This document shows, piece by piece, positions 37,073 through 48,935 of a stretch of 64,000 bases of DNA. The DNA is from Eledone cirrhosa. Taxonomy: Eukaryota. Location: the NCBI GenBank assembly GCA_964016885.1, contig OZ024740.1, positions 120,466,001 to 120,530,000 of the forward strand. The letters run 5' to 3'. Below the pieces are notes generated by a model that searched no databases, had not been told where the DNA came from, and saw only the letters and a list, made by a program, of their open reading frames with translations. Within the stretch, counting starts at the first letter, position 1. Each line of letters starts with the position of its first letter. The position numbers and the translations under genes are program-made.

Positions 37073-40000
37073 TTAATTGTAAGTTGTGATGTTGCTGTTC
37101 CACTCATATTTTCTATTTAATTTTGGTTTTAATTCTTTTATGCTTACTGCCTCTGTAATTTGCCTAAACATTGCGTCTTTCTTGTGTGTGGATTCTATTT
37201 TTATTTCTATGCTCTCTAATTTACCCCTGTGTTCTATCTTAGCATGTTGGTAGAGCACAGATGATTCTTTACTATCTTGGAGGTCTCGCCAGTGTTCATT
37301 TGTTCGTTCCCCTATACTACGAGCTGTCTCACCTATGTACACTATATTTTTGTTTCTACATTGTCCCTCAGTACATCTTATGCTATATACTACATTTCTA
37401 GTTTTACAGTTAATATGGGGGCTTATTTTACAGGTTATACATTTCTTATCTATACATGAGGGTCTTTGGAACGGGTATGTCTTGCTAATAAGTGTTTTTA
37501 CGGAGGTACCAGGTCTTTCTACTATCTTAATATTGAGATTATGTTTCTTTAGGGCCCTTCTAAATTTGTAGGCTAGTTCACCTCTAGGGGTTGTATTGAT
37601 GAACATTACACTCTGGTATTTATTGCTATCATACCATGAGTTTATTCTATTGGCCTTGTTCTTAGTTCTTTCTATTCTATTCCAAAATTTGCTCCTATAC
37701 AAGGGGCAGGTCCCATTTATGTCATTATTTACCATTTTTTCCCATTTGGTTCTGGCTCCTTTATACACTCTGATTCTATCTCTCTGATTGTAGCCAGAGA
37801 ACTGCATACGGTGGATGAAGTGTTGTATGTGTCTCTCTAGTTCTTCGGGGTTGCACATGCGGGACACATTTCTCATCACCCGTATCAAATCCGCAATCAG
37901 TATGTTGATTTTGGTATGGTCCGAAATGGCCGAGTTTCGGTGGATCAGATGTTTGGAAGTCATGGGTTTGGCATAATGGGAATGGAGGATTTGTTTTTGG
38001 TTGTTAATAGTATCTAACCAGAGCTCTGTGTCTAGTACAGGTAATCGATGGTTGGGGTGTCTACTTGGGTAGTCTATAGTAACTCTAATGCTCTGGTGGA
38101 TGGAGTTTGCTATTTGCTGGATGCTTTCCATTGTGTTTTTCTCAGGTTCCTGACTGTTCTTTAGTGGGGGTGTCTTAACTACGATGTTTATATCATCTAC
38201 GTAGCGGGAGTACATTATCAGGGTTAATCTGTCTTCTAATTGTTCTTTAAGTTTTTGTTTAAGTCTACTGTCCCACCATACCATGAACAAGTTAGCTATG
38301 TCGCCTGCAATGCTAACACCAATGGCTGCTCCTTCCTCTTGGGCATATGTTTTACCATTAAATTTGAACATATGTTCCTTAAGGGTTAATTTTATGCTGG
38401 CCCCTACCGCATGTGCAATCATTTTCTTCAGTTCATCGTGGTTTTCGGGTGTCCGTATGGCTCTGGTCCACCCGTTCCATCTATCTGTGTGGGTTTTCTT
38501 GGCCATTGAGGTAATGGTAGGTGGTCTGCCTCTTGCTGGTCTTGTAGGGCACAGGTTGCTAAGGTCATAAGTGTCTAGGTAACTATTACTATGGGTAAGC
38601 TTAAGTAGAAGTCCCAGCTCACTGGTATCAATCCCACGGAACTCAACCTTGCTCTCGCTGATCATTTCGACGCATTTCTCCACAGCAAAATCCACGTCAA
38701 TAGATGGATACAGGGACACAACATCCATACTGCCTATTATGCAGTTTGTTAGGTCCCCAGATCGGTTACCCGCGCCGATTCTGCTGAGGAGGTCCTCCGT
38801 GCTGTCACACACATCTGGGGACATCTCAATGATGGGGCGTATGATCAGGGAGAGGAAGTAGGACAGTCTGTAGTTACTAGCAATGTTAGCCCCACAGACT
38901 GGCCGTGTTGGTGGTCCCGCGACAGGGTCCCAGCCCGTTTTATGGTCTTTTCGAAGCCCATACAACGCCGGCACGTCATTGTTCCAGGCCTGGAAGTTGT
39001 TGGCAGTCCTTTTGTTGGGCTGCATTATATTTGTCCACATCACCATATGGGCATTGAGGGTTTTTTCTCTGTCCTCATGCTCCTGTGGTGTTACCTCTCT
39101 TGTGTTAGTGATGTGGGGTTGCATTGCCTGGATGTAGTTTGGCAGGCTGTCAACCGACATTCTGCCAGACTTGTCTGTTGGAAAGCATGCTATCTCTCCA
39201 TTACGCGAGCGCTGCATGAGCTTACGCAAGCCATTTGCAGATTCTTCTCCCAGTTGCTGGGCCTCTATTCTATTATGCTTCTTGCTATACTGTTCTATAA
39301 TATTTCTAAGTTCGGATTTAGCTATACTAAATTGTGCTTCTGTTTGTTCATCGACCTGCGACGGCAACTGCGTGCGTTTGTTAAATGGCAAAGTCGTGGC
39401 GTGGACTCGTCGTAGGTCGAATGATTTATCGGAGTGGTTATAAAACGGAGAGTTCCAGGCTGCTGCTTTATGTGTACTTGCGCTATTGTTAGTTGTGTTG
39501 TTTCTATTTCCACCAACAGCAGCAGCCTCAGCTTCATGGTTGTTTCTATGTCTCTCATAATTACTCCTGTCTCTTTCCACTGGCTCAATGTTGTTATCTA
39601 CCCTATTTTGTGTGTCTGTGTGTTCGTCTTGGTTATTCTCTTTGTCCTTAGTCTCCCTACTCCTTTTAATCCTATTACTTTCTCTTATTTCTCTGATTTC
39701 TGTGCTACTGTCATTACTTGTTTTCTGTGTCTGTGTGTTTGTTAAGATTGTAGTGGTGGTGAGAGGCATTGAATGTGTGTGTGTTGTTGTTGTTGATGTG
39801 TGTTGTTGTTGATGTGTGTTGTTGTCTCCGTGTGTGTGTGTGTTATCGTTGTTGTGTGTGTTGTTATTGTTGTTTGTGTTTGCGTGTCTGTTGTTGTTGT
39901 ATCTGGGGCTGTTGTTGTTGTTGTTGATGTGTGTGTTGTTGTTATTGTTGTCTCCGTGTGTGTTGTTATTGTTGTTTGTGTCTGCGTGTCTGTTGTATCT

Positions 40001-40870
40001 GGGTATGTTGCTATTGTTGGTATTGTATCTGGGTATGTTGCTATTGTTGTTGTTATTGTTTGTGTCTGTGTATCTGTTGTTGTTGGGATGTGTGTTGTAT
40101 ATGTGTGTGCGTATATTGTTGCTTTTGTTTTTGTTTTTGATGCTCCAGCGTAGTTTCGTAAATGATTTTTCTATTTCTGACAGACAACTAATCATATTTA
40201 CCTTCTTGAATGTCGCAAATTTGGGTGGCAAACGTAACACAGACATTTCATTATTATCTATTTTCGTGTTTCCATAAATGTTGGTATTTTTATTGTTGAA
40301 CTCTTCAGATAATGAGGTGTCGGCCATGTTGATACCGTCAATTTTGTCGGGATATCTATTGGTATACTCTATAGTATCCCGATTTAGCTTTGCCTGTTTA
40401 AGCCACTTTAATTTTCTGTTAAAGTGCTTATTACATTCTTGAGTAATGTACTGTTCTTCGGGGCGTATAAGGCTTATAAATGTTAGTTTTTCTGCTGGTG
40501 TGGTGATTTTAGATATTTCATCTATTAGGTTACGCTTTAGTTTTTCTTGATGACTTAATTCTCTATAGATCTTCTTTTTTATGTTTAGAATTAAAGTTCG
40601 TTTTAGCCTATCTGCTTGTTTTTTGGTGAGTTGTAATCTTCTAACGTCGGTATTGATGGTGTTGGTGTAGATTCTAGAAGTGGTGCACAGTTTTATGAAG
40701 TGTAGTTGTCGAGATGTTATGGTTTTTCGTAGACAACAGAACATGGTGGTTTTCAGTATCTTGTTAGCCTGGCTAAGGCTTACGATATTTCGTTTCTGAA
40801 TTTGTTTAGCAAGATTCTTTATCTGAAATCGTGTGTTGAAACCGATATTGTTATACTTTGGGAGGGTCAT
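37073..40870 (-). CDS. Intact Penelope-like polyprotein: reverse transcriptase + C-terminal GIY-YIG endonuclease (~1265 aa from first ATG)
   Basis: DKSG, PALYGLRKDHK, RPVC, SMDVVSLYPSI, QEEGAAIG, RYVDD, LPVLD; linker C-x4-C-x2-C; NVVYSIRC...VYIGET.R...R..EH...E.....LN; first ATG at 40870 (track start 40894 is GTG). Confidence 0.95.
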   Translation of the reverse strand: MTLPKYNNIGFNTRFQIKNLAKQIQKRNIVSLSQANKILKTTMFCCLRKTITSRQLHFIKLCTTSRIYTNTINTDVRRLQLTKKQADRLKRTLILNIKKKIYRELSHQEKLKRNLIDEISKITTPAEKLTFISLIRPEEQYITQECNKHFNRKLKWLKQAKLNRDTIEYTNRYPDKIDGINMADTSLSEEFNNKNTNIYGNTKIDNNEMSVLRLPPKFATFKKVNMISCLSEIEKSFTKLRWSIKNKNKSNNIRTHIYNTHPNNNRYTDTNNNNNNSNIPRYNTNNSNIPRYNRHADTNNNNNTHGDNNNNNTHINNNNNSPRYNNNRHANTNNNNNTHNNDNTHTHGDNNTHQQQHTSTTTTHTHSMPLTTTTILTNTQTQKTSNDSSTEIREIRESNRIKRSRETKDKENNQDEHTDTQNRVDNNIEPVERDRSNYERHRNNHEAEAAAVGGNRNNTTNNSASTHKAAAWNSPFYNHSDKSFDLRRVHATTLPFNKRTQLPSQVDEQTEAQFSIAKSELRNIIEQYSKKHNRIEAQQLGEESANGLRKLMQRSRNGEIACFPTDKSGRMSVDSLPNYIQAMQPHITNTREVTPQEHEDREKTLNAHMVMWTNIMQPNKRTANNFQAWNNDVPALYGLRKDHKTGWDPVAGPPTRPVCGANIASNYRLSYFLSLIIRPIIEMSPDVCDSTEDLLSRIGAGNRSGDLTNCIIGSMDVVSLYPSIDVDFAVEKCVEMISESKVEFRGIDTSELGLLLKLTHSNSYLDTYDLSNLCPTRPARGRPPTITSMAKKTHTDRWNGWTRAIRTPENHDELKKMIAHAVGASIKLTLKEHMFKFNGKTYAQEEGAAIGVSIAGDIANLFMVWWDSRLKQKLKEQLEDRLTLIMYSRYVDDINIVVKTPPLKNSQEPEKNTMESIQQIANSIHQSIRVTIDYPSRHPNHRLPVLDTELWLDTINNQKQILHSHYAKPMTSKHLIHRNSAISDHTKINILIADLIRVMRNVSRMCNPEELERHIQHFIHRMQFSGYNQRDRIRVYKGARTKWEKMVNNDINGTCPLYRSKFWNRIERTKNKANRINSWYDSNKYQSVMFINTTPRGELAYKFRRALKKHNLNIKIVERPGTSVKTLISKTYPFQRPSCIDKKCITCKISPHINCKTRNVVYSIRCTEGQCRNKNIVYIGETARSIGERTNEHWRDLQDSKESSVLYQHAKIEHRGKLESIEIKIESTHKKDAMFRQITEAVSIKELKPKLNRKYEWNSNITTYN

Positions 40871-41003
40871 GTTGCCAATAAGAAACACACGCACCAGTTG
40901 CTTTCACTTCAATTTAATTTAATATATATTTATAAATTTACAAATTTATAAATTTCTGGTTGGTTGGTTGGTTCCACAACCAGATAGTTGTTTATATATA
41001 TAT

Positions 41004-41048
41004 AGTCATAGTTCTTTCGTCACACACTCTGTGACCTCTTCAGTGACT
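41004..41048 (-). ncRNA. Minimal type I hammerhead in PLE pseudo-LTR upstream of the intact ORF
   Basis: Same motif, ~135 nt upstream of ATG 40870. Confidence 0.8.
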
Positions 41049-41344
41049 GGGGATTTCTTTCTTCGTTTCTGTGCCTTTCCTTTCTTCTATCCTACGCCAT
41101 TTTGTTTGTGTGTGGGTTGCGTGCTCAGTTTGCGCATGTGCCACATCCGGGTGTCTGTGTGTGTTTGTGTTCATTTTTTTATTTTTATATTTTTATTTGT
41201 TTGTTTATTTATTTATTTATTGTTGGTTGGTTGTTTGTTCTATGTGTGTGTGTGTTTTCATTTTGTCTTGTGTGTGTTTTCATTTTGTGTGTGTTTTCAA
41301 TTGTAAGTTGTTTATATGTGTGTGTGTGTGTTTTCATTTTGTCC

Positions 41345-42947
41345 TTAATTGTAAGTTGTGATGTTGCTGTTCCACTCATATTTTCTATTTAATTTTGGTT
41401 TTAATTCTTTTATGCTTACTGCCTCTGTAATTTGCCTAAACATTGCGTCTTTCTTGTGTGTGGATTCTATTTTTATTTCTATGCTCTCTAATTTACCCCT
41501 GTGTTCTATCTTAGCATGTTGGTAGAGCACAGATGATTCTTTACTATCTTGGAGGTCTCGCCAGTGTTCATTTATTCGTTCCCCTATACTACGAGCTGTC
41601 TCACCTATGTACACTATATTTTTGTTTCTACATTGTCCCTCAGTACATCTTATGCTATATACTACATTTCTAGTTTTACAGTTAATATGGGGGCTTATTT
41701 TACAGGTTATACATTTCTTATCTATACATGAGGGTCTTTGGAACGGGTATGTCTTGCTAATAAGTGTTTTTACGGAGGTACCAGGTCTTTCTACTATCTT
41801 AATATTGAGATTATGTTTCTTTAGGGCCCTTCTAAATTTGTAGGCTAGTTCACCTCTAGGGGTTGTATTGATGAACATTACACTCTGGTATTTATTGCTA
41901 TCATACCATGAGTTTATTCTATTGGCCTTGTTCTTAGTTCTTTCTATTCTATTCCAAAATTTGCTCCTATACAAGGGGCAGGTCCCATTTATGTCATTAT
42001 TTACCATTTTTTCCCATTTGGTTCTGGCTCCTTTATACACTCTGATTCTATCTCTCTGATTGTAGCCAGAGAACTGCATACGGTGGATGAAGTGTTGTAT
42101 GTGTCTCTCTAGTTCTTCGGGGTTGCACATGCGGGACACATTTCTCATCACCCGTATCAAATCCGCAATCAGTATGTTGATTTTGGTATGGTCCGAAATG
42201 GCCGAGTTTCGGTGGATCAGATGTTTGGAAGTCATGGGTTTGGCATAATGGGAATGGAGGATTTGTTTTTGGTTGTTAATAGTATCTAACCAGAGCTCTG
42301 TGTCTAGTACAGGTAATCGATGGTTGGGGTGTCTACTTGAGTAGTCTATAGTAACTCTAATGCTCTGGTGGATGGAGTTTGCTATTTGCTGGATGCTTTC
42401 CATTGTGTTTTTCTCAGGTTCCTGACTGTTCTTTAGTGGGGGTGTCTTAACTACGATGTTTATATCATCTACGTAGCGGGAGTACATTATCAGGGTTAAT
42501 CTGTCTTCTAATTGTTCTTTAAGTTTTTGTTTAAGTCTACTGTCCCACCATACCATGAACAAGTTAGCTATGTCGCCTGCAATGCTAACACCAATGGCTG
42601 CTCCTTCCTCTTGGGCATATGTTTTACCATTAAATTTGAACATATGTTCCTTAAGGGTTAATTTTATGCTGGCCCCTACCGCATGTGCAATCATTTTCTT
42701 CAGTTCATCGTGGTTTTCGGGTGTCCGTATGGCTCTGGTCCACCCGTTCCATCTATCTGTGTGGGTTTTCTTGGCCATTGAGGTAATGGTAGGTGGTCTG
42801 CCTCTTGCTGGTCTTGTAGGGCACAGGTTGCTAAGGTCATAAGTGTCTAGGTAACTATTACTATGGGTAAGCTTAAGTAGAAGTCCCAGCTCACTGGTAT
42901 CAATCCCACGGAACTCAACCTTGCTCTCGCTGATCATTTCGACGCAT
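41345..42947 (-). pseudogene. 5'-truncated PLE ORF (partial RT + GIY-YIG), tandem copy
   Basis: Protein identical to the C-terminal 530 aa of the full ORF apart from two substitutions. Confidence 0.9.
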
Positions 42948-44632
42948 GGGACCTAACAAACTGCATAATAGGCAGTATGGATGTTGTGTCCCTGTATCCA
43001 TCTATTGACGTGGATTTTGCTGTGGAGAAATGCGTCGAAATGATCAGCGAGAGCAAGGTTGAGTTCCGTGGGATTGATACCAGTGAGCTGGGACTTCTAC
43101 TTAAGCTTACCCATAGTAATAGTTACCTAGACACTTATGACCTTAGCAACCTGTGCCCTACAAGACCAGCAAGAGGCAGACCACCTACCATTACCTCAAT
43201 GGCCAAGAAAACCCACACAGATAGATGGAACGGGTGGACCAGAGCCATACGGACACCCGAAAACCACGATGAACTGAAGAAAATGATTGCACATGCGGTA
43301 GGGGCCAGCATAAAATTAACCCTTAAGGAACATATGTTCAAATTTAATGGTAAAACATATGCCCAAGAGGAAGGAGCAGCCATTGGTGTTAGCATTGCAG
43401 GCGACATAGCTAACTTGTTCATGGTATGGTGGGACAGTAGACTTAAACAAAAACTTAAAGAACAATTAGAAGACAGATTAACCCTGATAATGTACTCCCG
43501 CTACGTAGATGATATAAACATCGTAGTTAAGACACCCCCACTAAAGAACAGTCAGGAACCTGAGAAAAACACAATGGAAAGCATCCAGCAAATAGCAAAC
43601 TCCATCCACCAGAGCATTAGAGTTACTATAGACTACCCAAGTAGACACCCCAACCATCGATTACCTGTACTAGACACAGAGCTCTGGTTAGATACTATTA
43701 ACAACCAAAAACAAATCCTCCATTCCCATTATGCCAAACCCATGACTTCCAAACATCTGATCCACCGAAACTCGGCCATTTCGGACCATACCAAAATCAA
43801 CATACTGATTGCGGATTTGATACGGGTGATGAGAAATGTGTCCCGCATGTGCAACCCCGAAGAACTAGAGAGACACATACAACACTTCATCCACCGTATG
43901 CAGTTCTCTGGCTACAATCAGAGAGATAGAATCAGAGTGTATAAAGGAGCCAGAACCAAATGGGAAAAAATGGTAAATAATGACATAAATGGGACCTGCC
44001 CCTTGTATAGGAGCAAATTTTGGAATAGAATAGAAAGAACTAAGAACAAGGCCAATAGAATAAACTCATGGTATGATAGCAATAAATACCAGAGTGTAAT
44101 GTTCATCAATACAACCCCTAGAGGTGAACTAGCCTACAAATTTAGAAGGGCCCTAAAGAAACATAATCTCAATATTAAGATAGTAGAAAGACCTGGTACC
44201 TCCGTAAAAACACTTATTAGCAAGACATACCCGTTCCAAAGACCCTCATGTATAGATAAGAAATGTATAACCTGTAAAATAAGCCCCCATATTAACTGTA
44301 AAACTAGAAATGTAGTATATAGCATAAGATGTACTGAGGGACAATGTAGAAACAAAAATATAGTGTACATAGGTGAGACAGCTCGTAGTATAGGGGAACG
44401 AATAAATGAACACTGGCGAGACCTCCAAGATAGTAAAGAATCATCTGTGCTCTACCAACATGCTAAGATAGAACACAGGGGTAAATTAGAGAGCATAGAA
44501 ATAAAAATAGAATCCACACACAAGAAAGACGCAATGTTTAGGCAAATTACAGAGGCAGTAAGCATAAAAGAATTAAAACCAAAATTAAATAGAAAATATG
44601 AGTGGAACAGCAACATCACAACTTACAATTAA
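42948..44632 (+). pseudogene. 5'-truncated PLE ORF, inverted copy (551 aa open)
   Basis: Starts 82 nt further 5' than the opposing arm; MDVVSLYPSI...RYVDD...YIGET... Confidence 0.9.
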
Positions 44633-44928
44633 GGACAAAATGAAAACACACACACACACATATAAACAACTTACAATTGAAAACACACACAAAATGAAAA
44701 CACACACAAGACAAAATGAAAACACACACACACATAGAACAAACAACCAACCAACAATAAATAAATAAATAAACAAACAAATAAAAATATAAAAATAAAA
44801 AAATGAACACAAACACACACAGACACCCGGATGTGGCACATGCGCAAACTGAGCACGCAACCCACACACAAACAAAATGGCGTAGGATAGAAGAAAGGAA
44901 AGGCACAGAAACGAAGAAAGAAATCCCC

Positions 44929-44973
44929 AGTCACTGAAGAGGTCACAGAGTGTGTGACGAAAGAACTATGACT
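44929..44973 (+). ncRNA. Minimal type I hammerhead in PLE pseudo-LTR
   Basis: AGTCA CTGAAGA(44934-40) G GTCACA-GAGTG-TGTGAC GAAA(44959-62) GAAC TA^TGACT. Confidence 0.8.
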
Positions 44974-45188
44974 ATATATATATAAACAACTATCTGGTTG
45001 TGGAACCAACCAACCAACCAGAAATTTATAAATTTGTAAATTTATAAATATATATTAAATTAAATTGAAGTGAAAGCAACTGGTGCGTGTGTTTCTTATT
45101 GGCAACATGACCCTCCCAAAGTATAACAATATCGGTTTCAACACACGATTTCAGATAAAGAATCTTGCTAAACAAATTCAGAAACGAA

Positions 45189-45294
<106 letters not shown>

Positions 45295-45303
45295 GTATAT
45301 ACG

Positions 45304-45354
<51 letters not shown>

Positions 45355-45356
45355 GT

Positions 45357-45525
45357 ATCAATTTATCTCGGGCGGGTAAAATTCCCGAGATCCATGGACG
45401 AGTACTCTCCAGCAGTCTCTGTCCCTCATTATCGCTGCCATGTCCTGCGTCTCCAACAGACCAGTGTCTGTCCTTAGGTCATCAACATACATTAACCTTG
45501 GCCTTCCTCTTCCAGTGTGTCCATG
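45357..45525 (-). mobile_element. 3' tip of a third RTE-type LINE family
   Basis: Minus translation [43 protein letters not shown]...IN*; stop codon abuts the TA tract. Confidence 0.75.
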
Positions 45526-45719
45526 TAGGTAAAAACCTCACAGTCCACACTGTAAACATGGTTGGTGTTAGGAAGGGCATCCAGCCATAGAAAACCTGCC
45601 AGACAGTCCTATACGAGCAAGACAACCAATCTTTCCTCAAGTGGGACAATTCCCATCTAAACCCATGCTAGCGTGTAAGATAGACTTTAAACGATGATGA
45701 TGATGATGATGATGATGAT
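45526..45719 (+). mobile_element. RTE subfamily A-like 3'UTR tip
   Basis: ggttggtgttaggaagggcatccagc...cagacagtcctat.cgagcaagacaacca...(GAT)n. Confidence 0.85.
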
Positions 45720-45889
45720 ATATATATATATATAAGCACATACATCTGTTTCCCAATTCTGACATGAGTTAGACAGGTGTCCTGGAAGAAGTGAGTGTAC
45801 AGATAACAGTTACAGGTTTTGTGGCAGAGAGAGAATGATGGGTAATTATAAAGAGTTAAAGATGTGCGTGTGTGTATATTCAGTGAAGG

Positions 45890-46000
45890 TATGTGACTGA
45901 GTGATTAGAGAATTGGATTTACAATCGTGAGGTTGTGAGTTTGATTCCCGGACTGATTGATGCATTATGTCCTTGAGCAAGACACTTTATTTAACGTTGT
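45890..46000 (+). mobile_element. Degenerate tRNA-derived SINE head
   Basis: acaatcgtgaggttgtgagtttgattcc...ccttgagcaagacactttattt. Confidence 0.65.
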
Positions 46001-46193
46001 TCCTTCTGCCTGGTTTTGTGACCAGTAGCTAATATTAGCAATTGGATAAACCAATGGAAATGTTGTCTCCTCAGTCCAATTTGACGAGCTCCACCCTACT
46101 TGTCAAGTGAATGAGTCTGGGATCTTGACAATTGACTGTTTATTTTATATATGTAATATACTTTCAAATGAACATCATCATCATGTATGATGA

Positions 46194-46243
<50 letters not shown>

Positions 46244-46292
46244 CAAGAAGTGTAAGTAAAGAGATTTAAATTAACTTTTTTTATTCATATTT

Positions 46293-46350
46293 GCTGCAAT
46301 ATATATTTCGGTGATACCATTATTCAACAGATATGACCTCATCAGGCAGC
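46293..46350 (-). ncRNA. Type I hammerhead motif (mirror copy)
   Basis: gctgc aa tatata tttc ggtga...gacc tcatcag gcagc on + strand. Confidence 0.8.
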
Positions 46351-46403
46351 TAGAACTTGAATAGAAAAAAGCATGTTTTTCGTTTTTTTCTGTTCAAGTC
46401 CTA

Positions 46404-46462
46404 GCTGCCTGATGAGGTCATAGCTGTTGAATAATGGTTATCACCGAAATATATATTGCAGC
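46404..46462 (+). ncRNA. Minimal type I hammerhead ribozyme motif
   Basis: GCTGC CTGATGA(46409-15) GGTCATAGCTGTT-GAAT-AATGGTTATCACC GAAA(46446-49) TATATA TT^GCAGC. Confidence 0.88.
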
Positions 46463-47999
46463 AGATATGAATAAACAAAGTTAATTTTAACCTGTTGCCT
46501 TAAACTTCTTGTTTTAAATTACTCTGGGGGAAACAGACTCACCTGCGCACTTCAATAAGTGCTCCTACCTGCATACTGAAGTCTTGGTAAGCAACCAATA
46601 TATATATATATATATATATATACTTATATGTTGATTAATTTATTCAAAGAGGTGAGTGATTAAGTACTAAAAGTTTATCAAGGTTGTGAAAATAGATTTG
46701 TGAAACATTAAAAATGTCTGTCTAGATTTTAATTTCAGTTTAATGTCTCCTTTGCTATTATAATATTATTGTTACTATTTAATTGAATGTATTTTCTATT
46801 TATAGTGTTATTGAGAGCAGGAGTAATCTATATTTTCTTGGCTGGTACCTTTGGAAAATTAATGTAATTTTGACAAAGAAAGCAATTTGGCAAGAGTTGT
46901 TAGAATGTCAGATAGAATGCTTTTTAGAATTCATTCTGGATGTCTGCACATTGAGTTCACATTCCACGAAGGTTAAACTTAACTTTGATCTTTTCAGGAT
47001 AAATAAATAAATTACTAGTCTTGTACTGTGGTAAATACTTCCACTACATCTCTTTATCACTTCCTTCCACTCTCTCTTTTTCTGGAAGAATTATAATCTT
47101 TAATCTTTCTCACTTGGAAGGGACTTAAAATGGAAAATACATTTTTTGGCACCTGCAACTTAATTATCCAGCATAATCAGCTTGACAAAATTTTGCACCC
47201 CTTTCAATGCTGTGCCCAAGAGTGACTGGCTTCTAATTTCCTAGATATATAGTTAGCGGAACTGCAAAGATTCCTACTTTAAGATCATAAATCATAAAAC
47301 TAGTAAGAAACAGATGTCTTTTTTATTCCTATAACCAGACACAGCTTTTAAAAAATGTTTGTCTTGACGAATATAATAATTTTTATAAAATTAAACAGCT
47401 CTCCTTATATATGGATGTAAACATTTGAAATTGTTCAGAGAAGAAATATAAAGTTGACAAAAGAAGAAAACTTTTCAGTAAAAATTGTACTTTGTATGGG
47501 GTTATAGTTATTAGTTCCCAACTTGGTGATCTACAAAGTTAATACAGGGCATTTGTGAGTATTGGATTTTCTTTCTTCTTCAACTGAGAGTTTTTCTCTT
47601 TTGATTGTTATTCATGCTGTATCACGATCTGAGACGGGTGTAACTGCAGTAAGGAAAGGGTGGGAGATGTGGGAAAATTAATTTAAATCAAGGGATAATT
47701 GGCATGACTAACATTTTGTAATAGAAAAATTTTCAAAAGATATGTGTCCATAAGATGTGAAGCAATTTGTTCAAATTTGTAAATCAACATTGATAGTTAC
47801 CTATTTATTTATTTATTTATTTAATCTATTTATTTATTTACTTTTAATCAATTTAAACGTCCGTATAGAGTTAGTAAGCCATGACAGACTAGGCAAAGTA
47901 TCTAGTACTTCTTTCAGTTGAGAAACAAAAAACAAGATATACAGAGATTAGTGAACATAAAAATTAAAATTAAATCAAAAATAAAATAAAATAAAAGGA

Positions 48000-48197
48000 T
48001 TAATCCTTTAGCATTTACATTACTCTATATTTGCAGTAAAGGGTTTATCTCACATAATATCGAATCTACGAGATTTTGATATTTATTTGAGAACAATAAC
48101 CTAATGTCTGTATGAGTGGCCAGTAACGGCCAGTTTGAAGACAAAGAGGTGTGAGAATTCTTGCCGGATATGGCTGGTTTAAATGCTAAAGGGTTAA
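48000..48197. mobile_element. TTAA-flanked MITE (piggyBac-like)
   Basis: TIRs ttaa-tcctttagcattta / taaatgctaaaggg-ttaa. Confidence 0.75.
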
Positions 48198-48682
48198 ATG
48201 GGAAGCAAAATAAGCATAAAAATTGATAAAGAAATACATGGGAAGCAGGGAAGCTGTACAGCAGATAAGAGGTTATGTTGTTGAATCACTTTGTTCCCTC
48301 CATGTACTCAGTATTAAGTCTTAGATTAAATGTAATAAAAACAATTTCTAATGATAGTTGTACTAAGGCTCACCTTAAAAATTAGGAAGTTGTTAACAGT
48401 GCTAAGATTAAGTAACATAATACAAAATAAACAAGTAGAAATACTAGTAATATAGTTACTTTGAGATGGATATAATCCAGAAACAGTGAAAAAAGAAACT
48501 AATTGCAAAATGATTTTGAAGCTGTTACACACTTCCTAACAGTTCTTCTGTCTGCTGGACAATTTACTTTTATTGTAAAAAATGCAAGTGTCTTTTGTGG
48601 TTATGAAAGCAGAAAAGGAAGGGAAAGGCAAAGGCTCTAGGGTCACAGAATAATGGGAGGAGGAGGGATTATAGGCTTCACC

Positions 48683-48935
48683 GGGCTCCCTCCTCAGATG
48701 AACTGATGACATTCTGATCTTGTGGAGGAGCTCAGCAGTACGGGGTTAAAGTATGACTAGGGCATGGCAGCATTGGAGCTGTGCTCCAAGGACAAAACCA
48801 CAAAAGTATTCCCGCAGACAATGGCCAGTGACACCTACTGCAACAGCCACCTCACCTAGTGGAGCTACCTCTTCAGATGGGCTATTGATGTTCTGATCTT
48901 GTGGAGGAGCTCATCAGTATGGGGTCCAAGTATCT
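48683..48935. repeat. Diverged ~70-bp direct repeat, period ~179 bp, each copy hairpin-forming
   Basis: ttctgatcttgtggaggagctca.cagta.gggg at ~48712 and ~48891. Confidence 0.7.

Larger units (their letters stand above)
46241..46598 (+). mobile_element. Fold-back hammerhead element, family H2
   Basis: Diverged inverted repeat ~46241-46370/46384-46513, unique tail to 46598, (TA)n on both sides. Confidence 0.85.

Noticed and set aside
36573-41345. LTR retrotransposon or DIRS element suggested by terminal repeats
   Set aside because: No gag, protease, integrase or tyrosine recombinase and no TG..CA ends; the repeats are PLE pseudo-LTRs from tandem insertion
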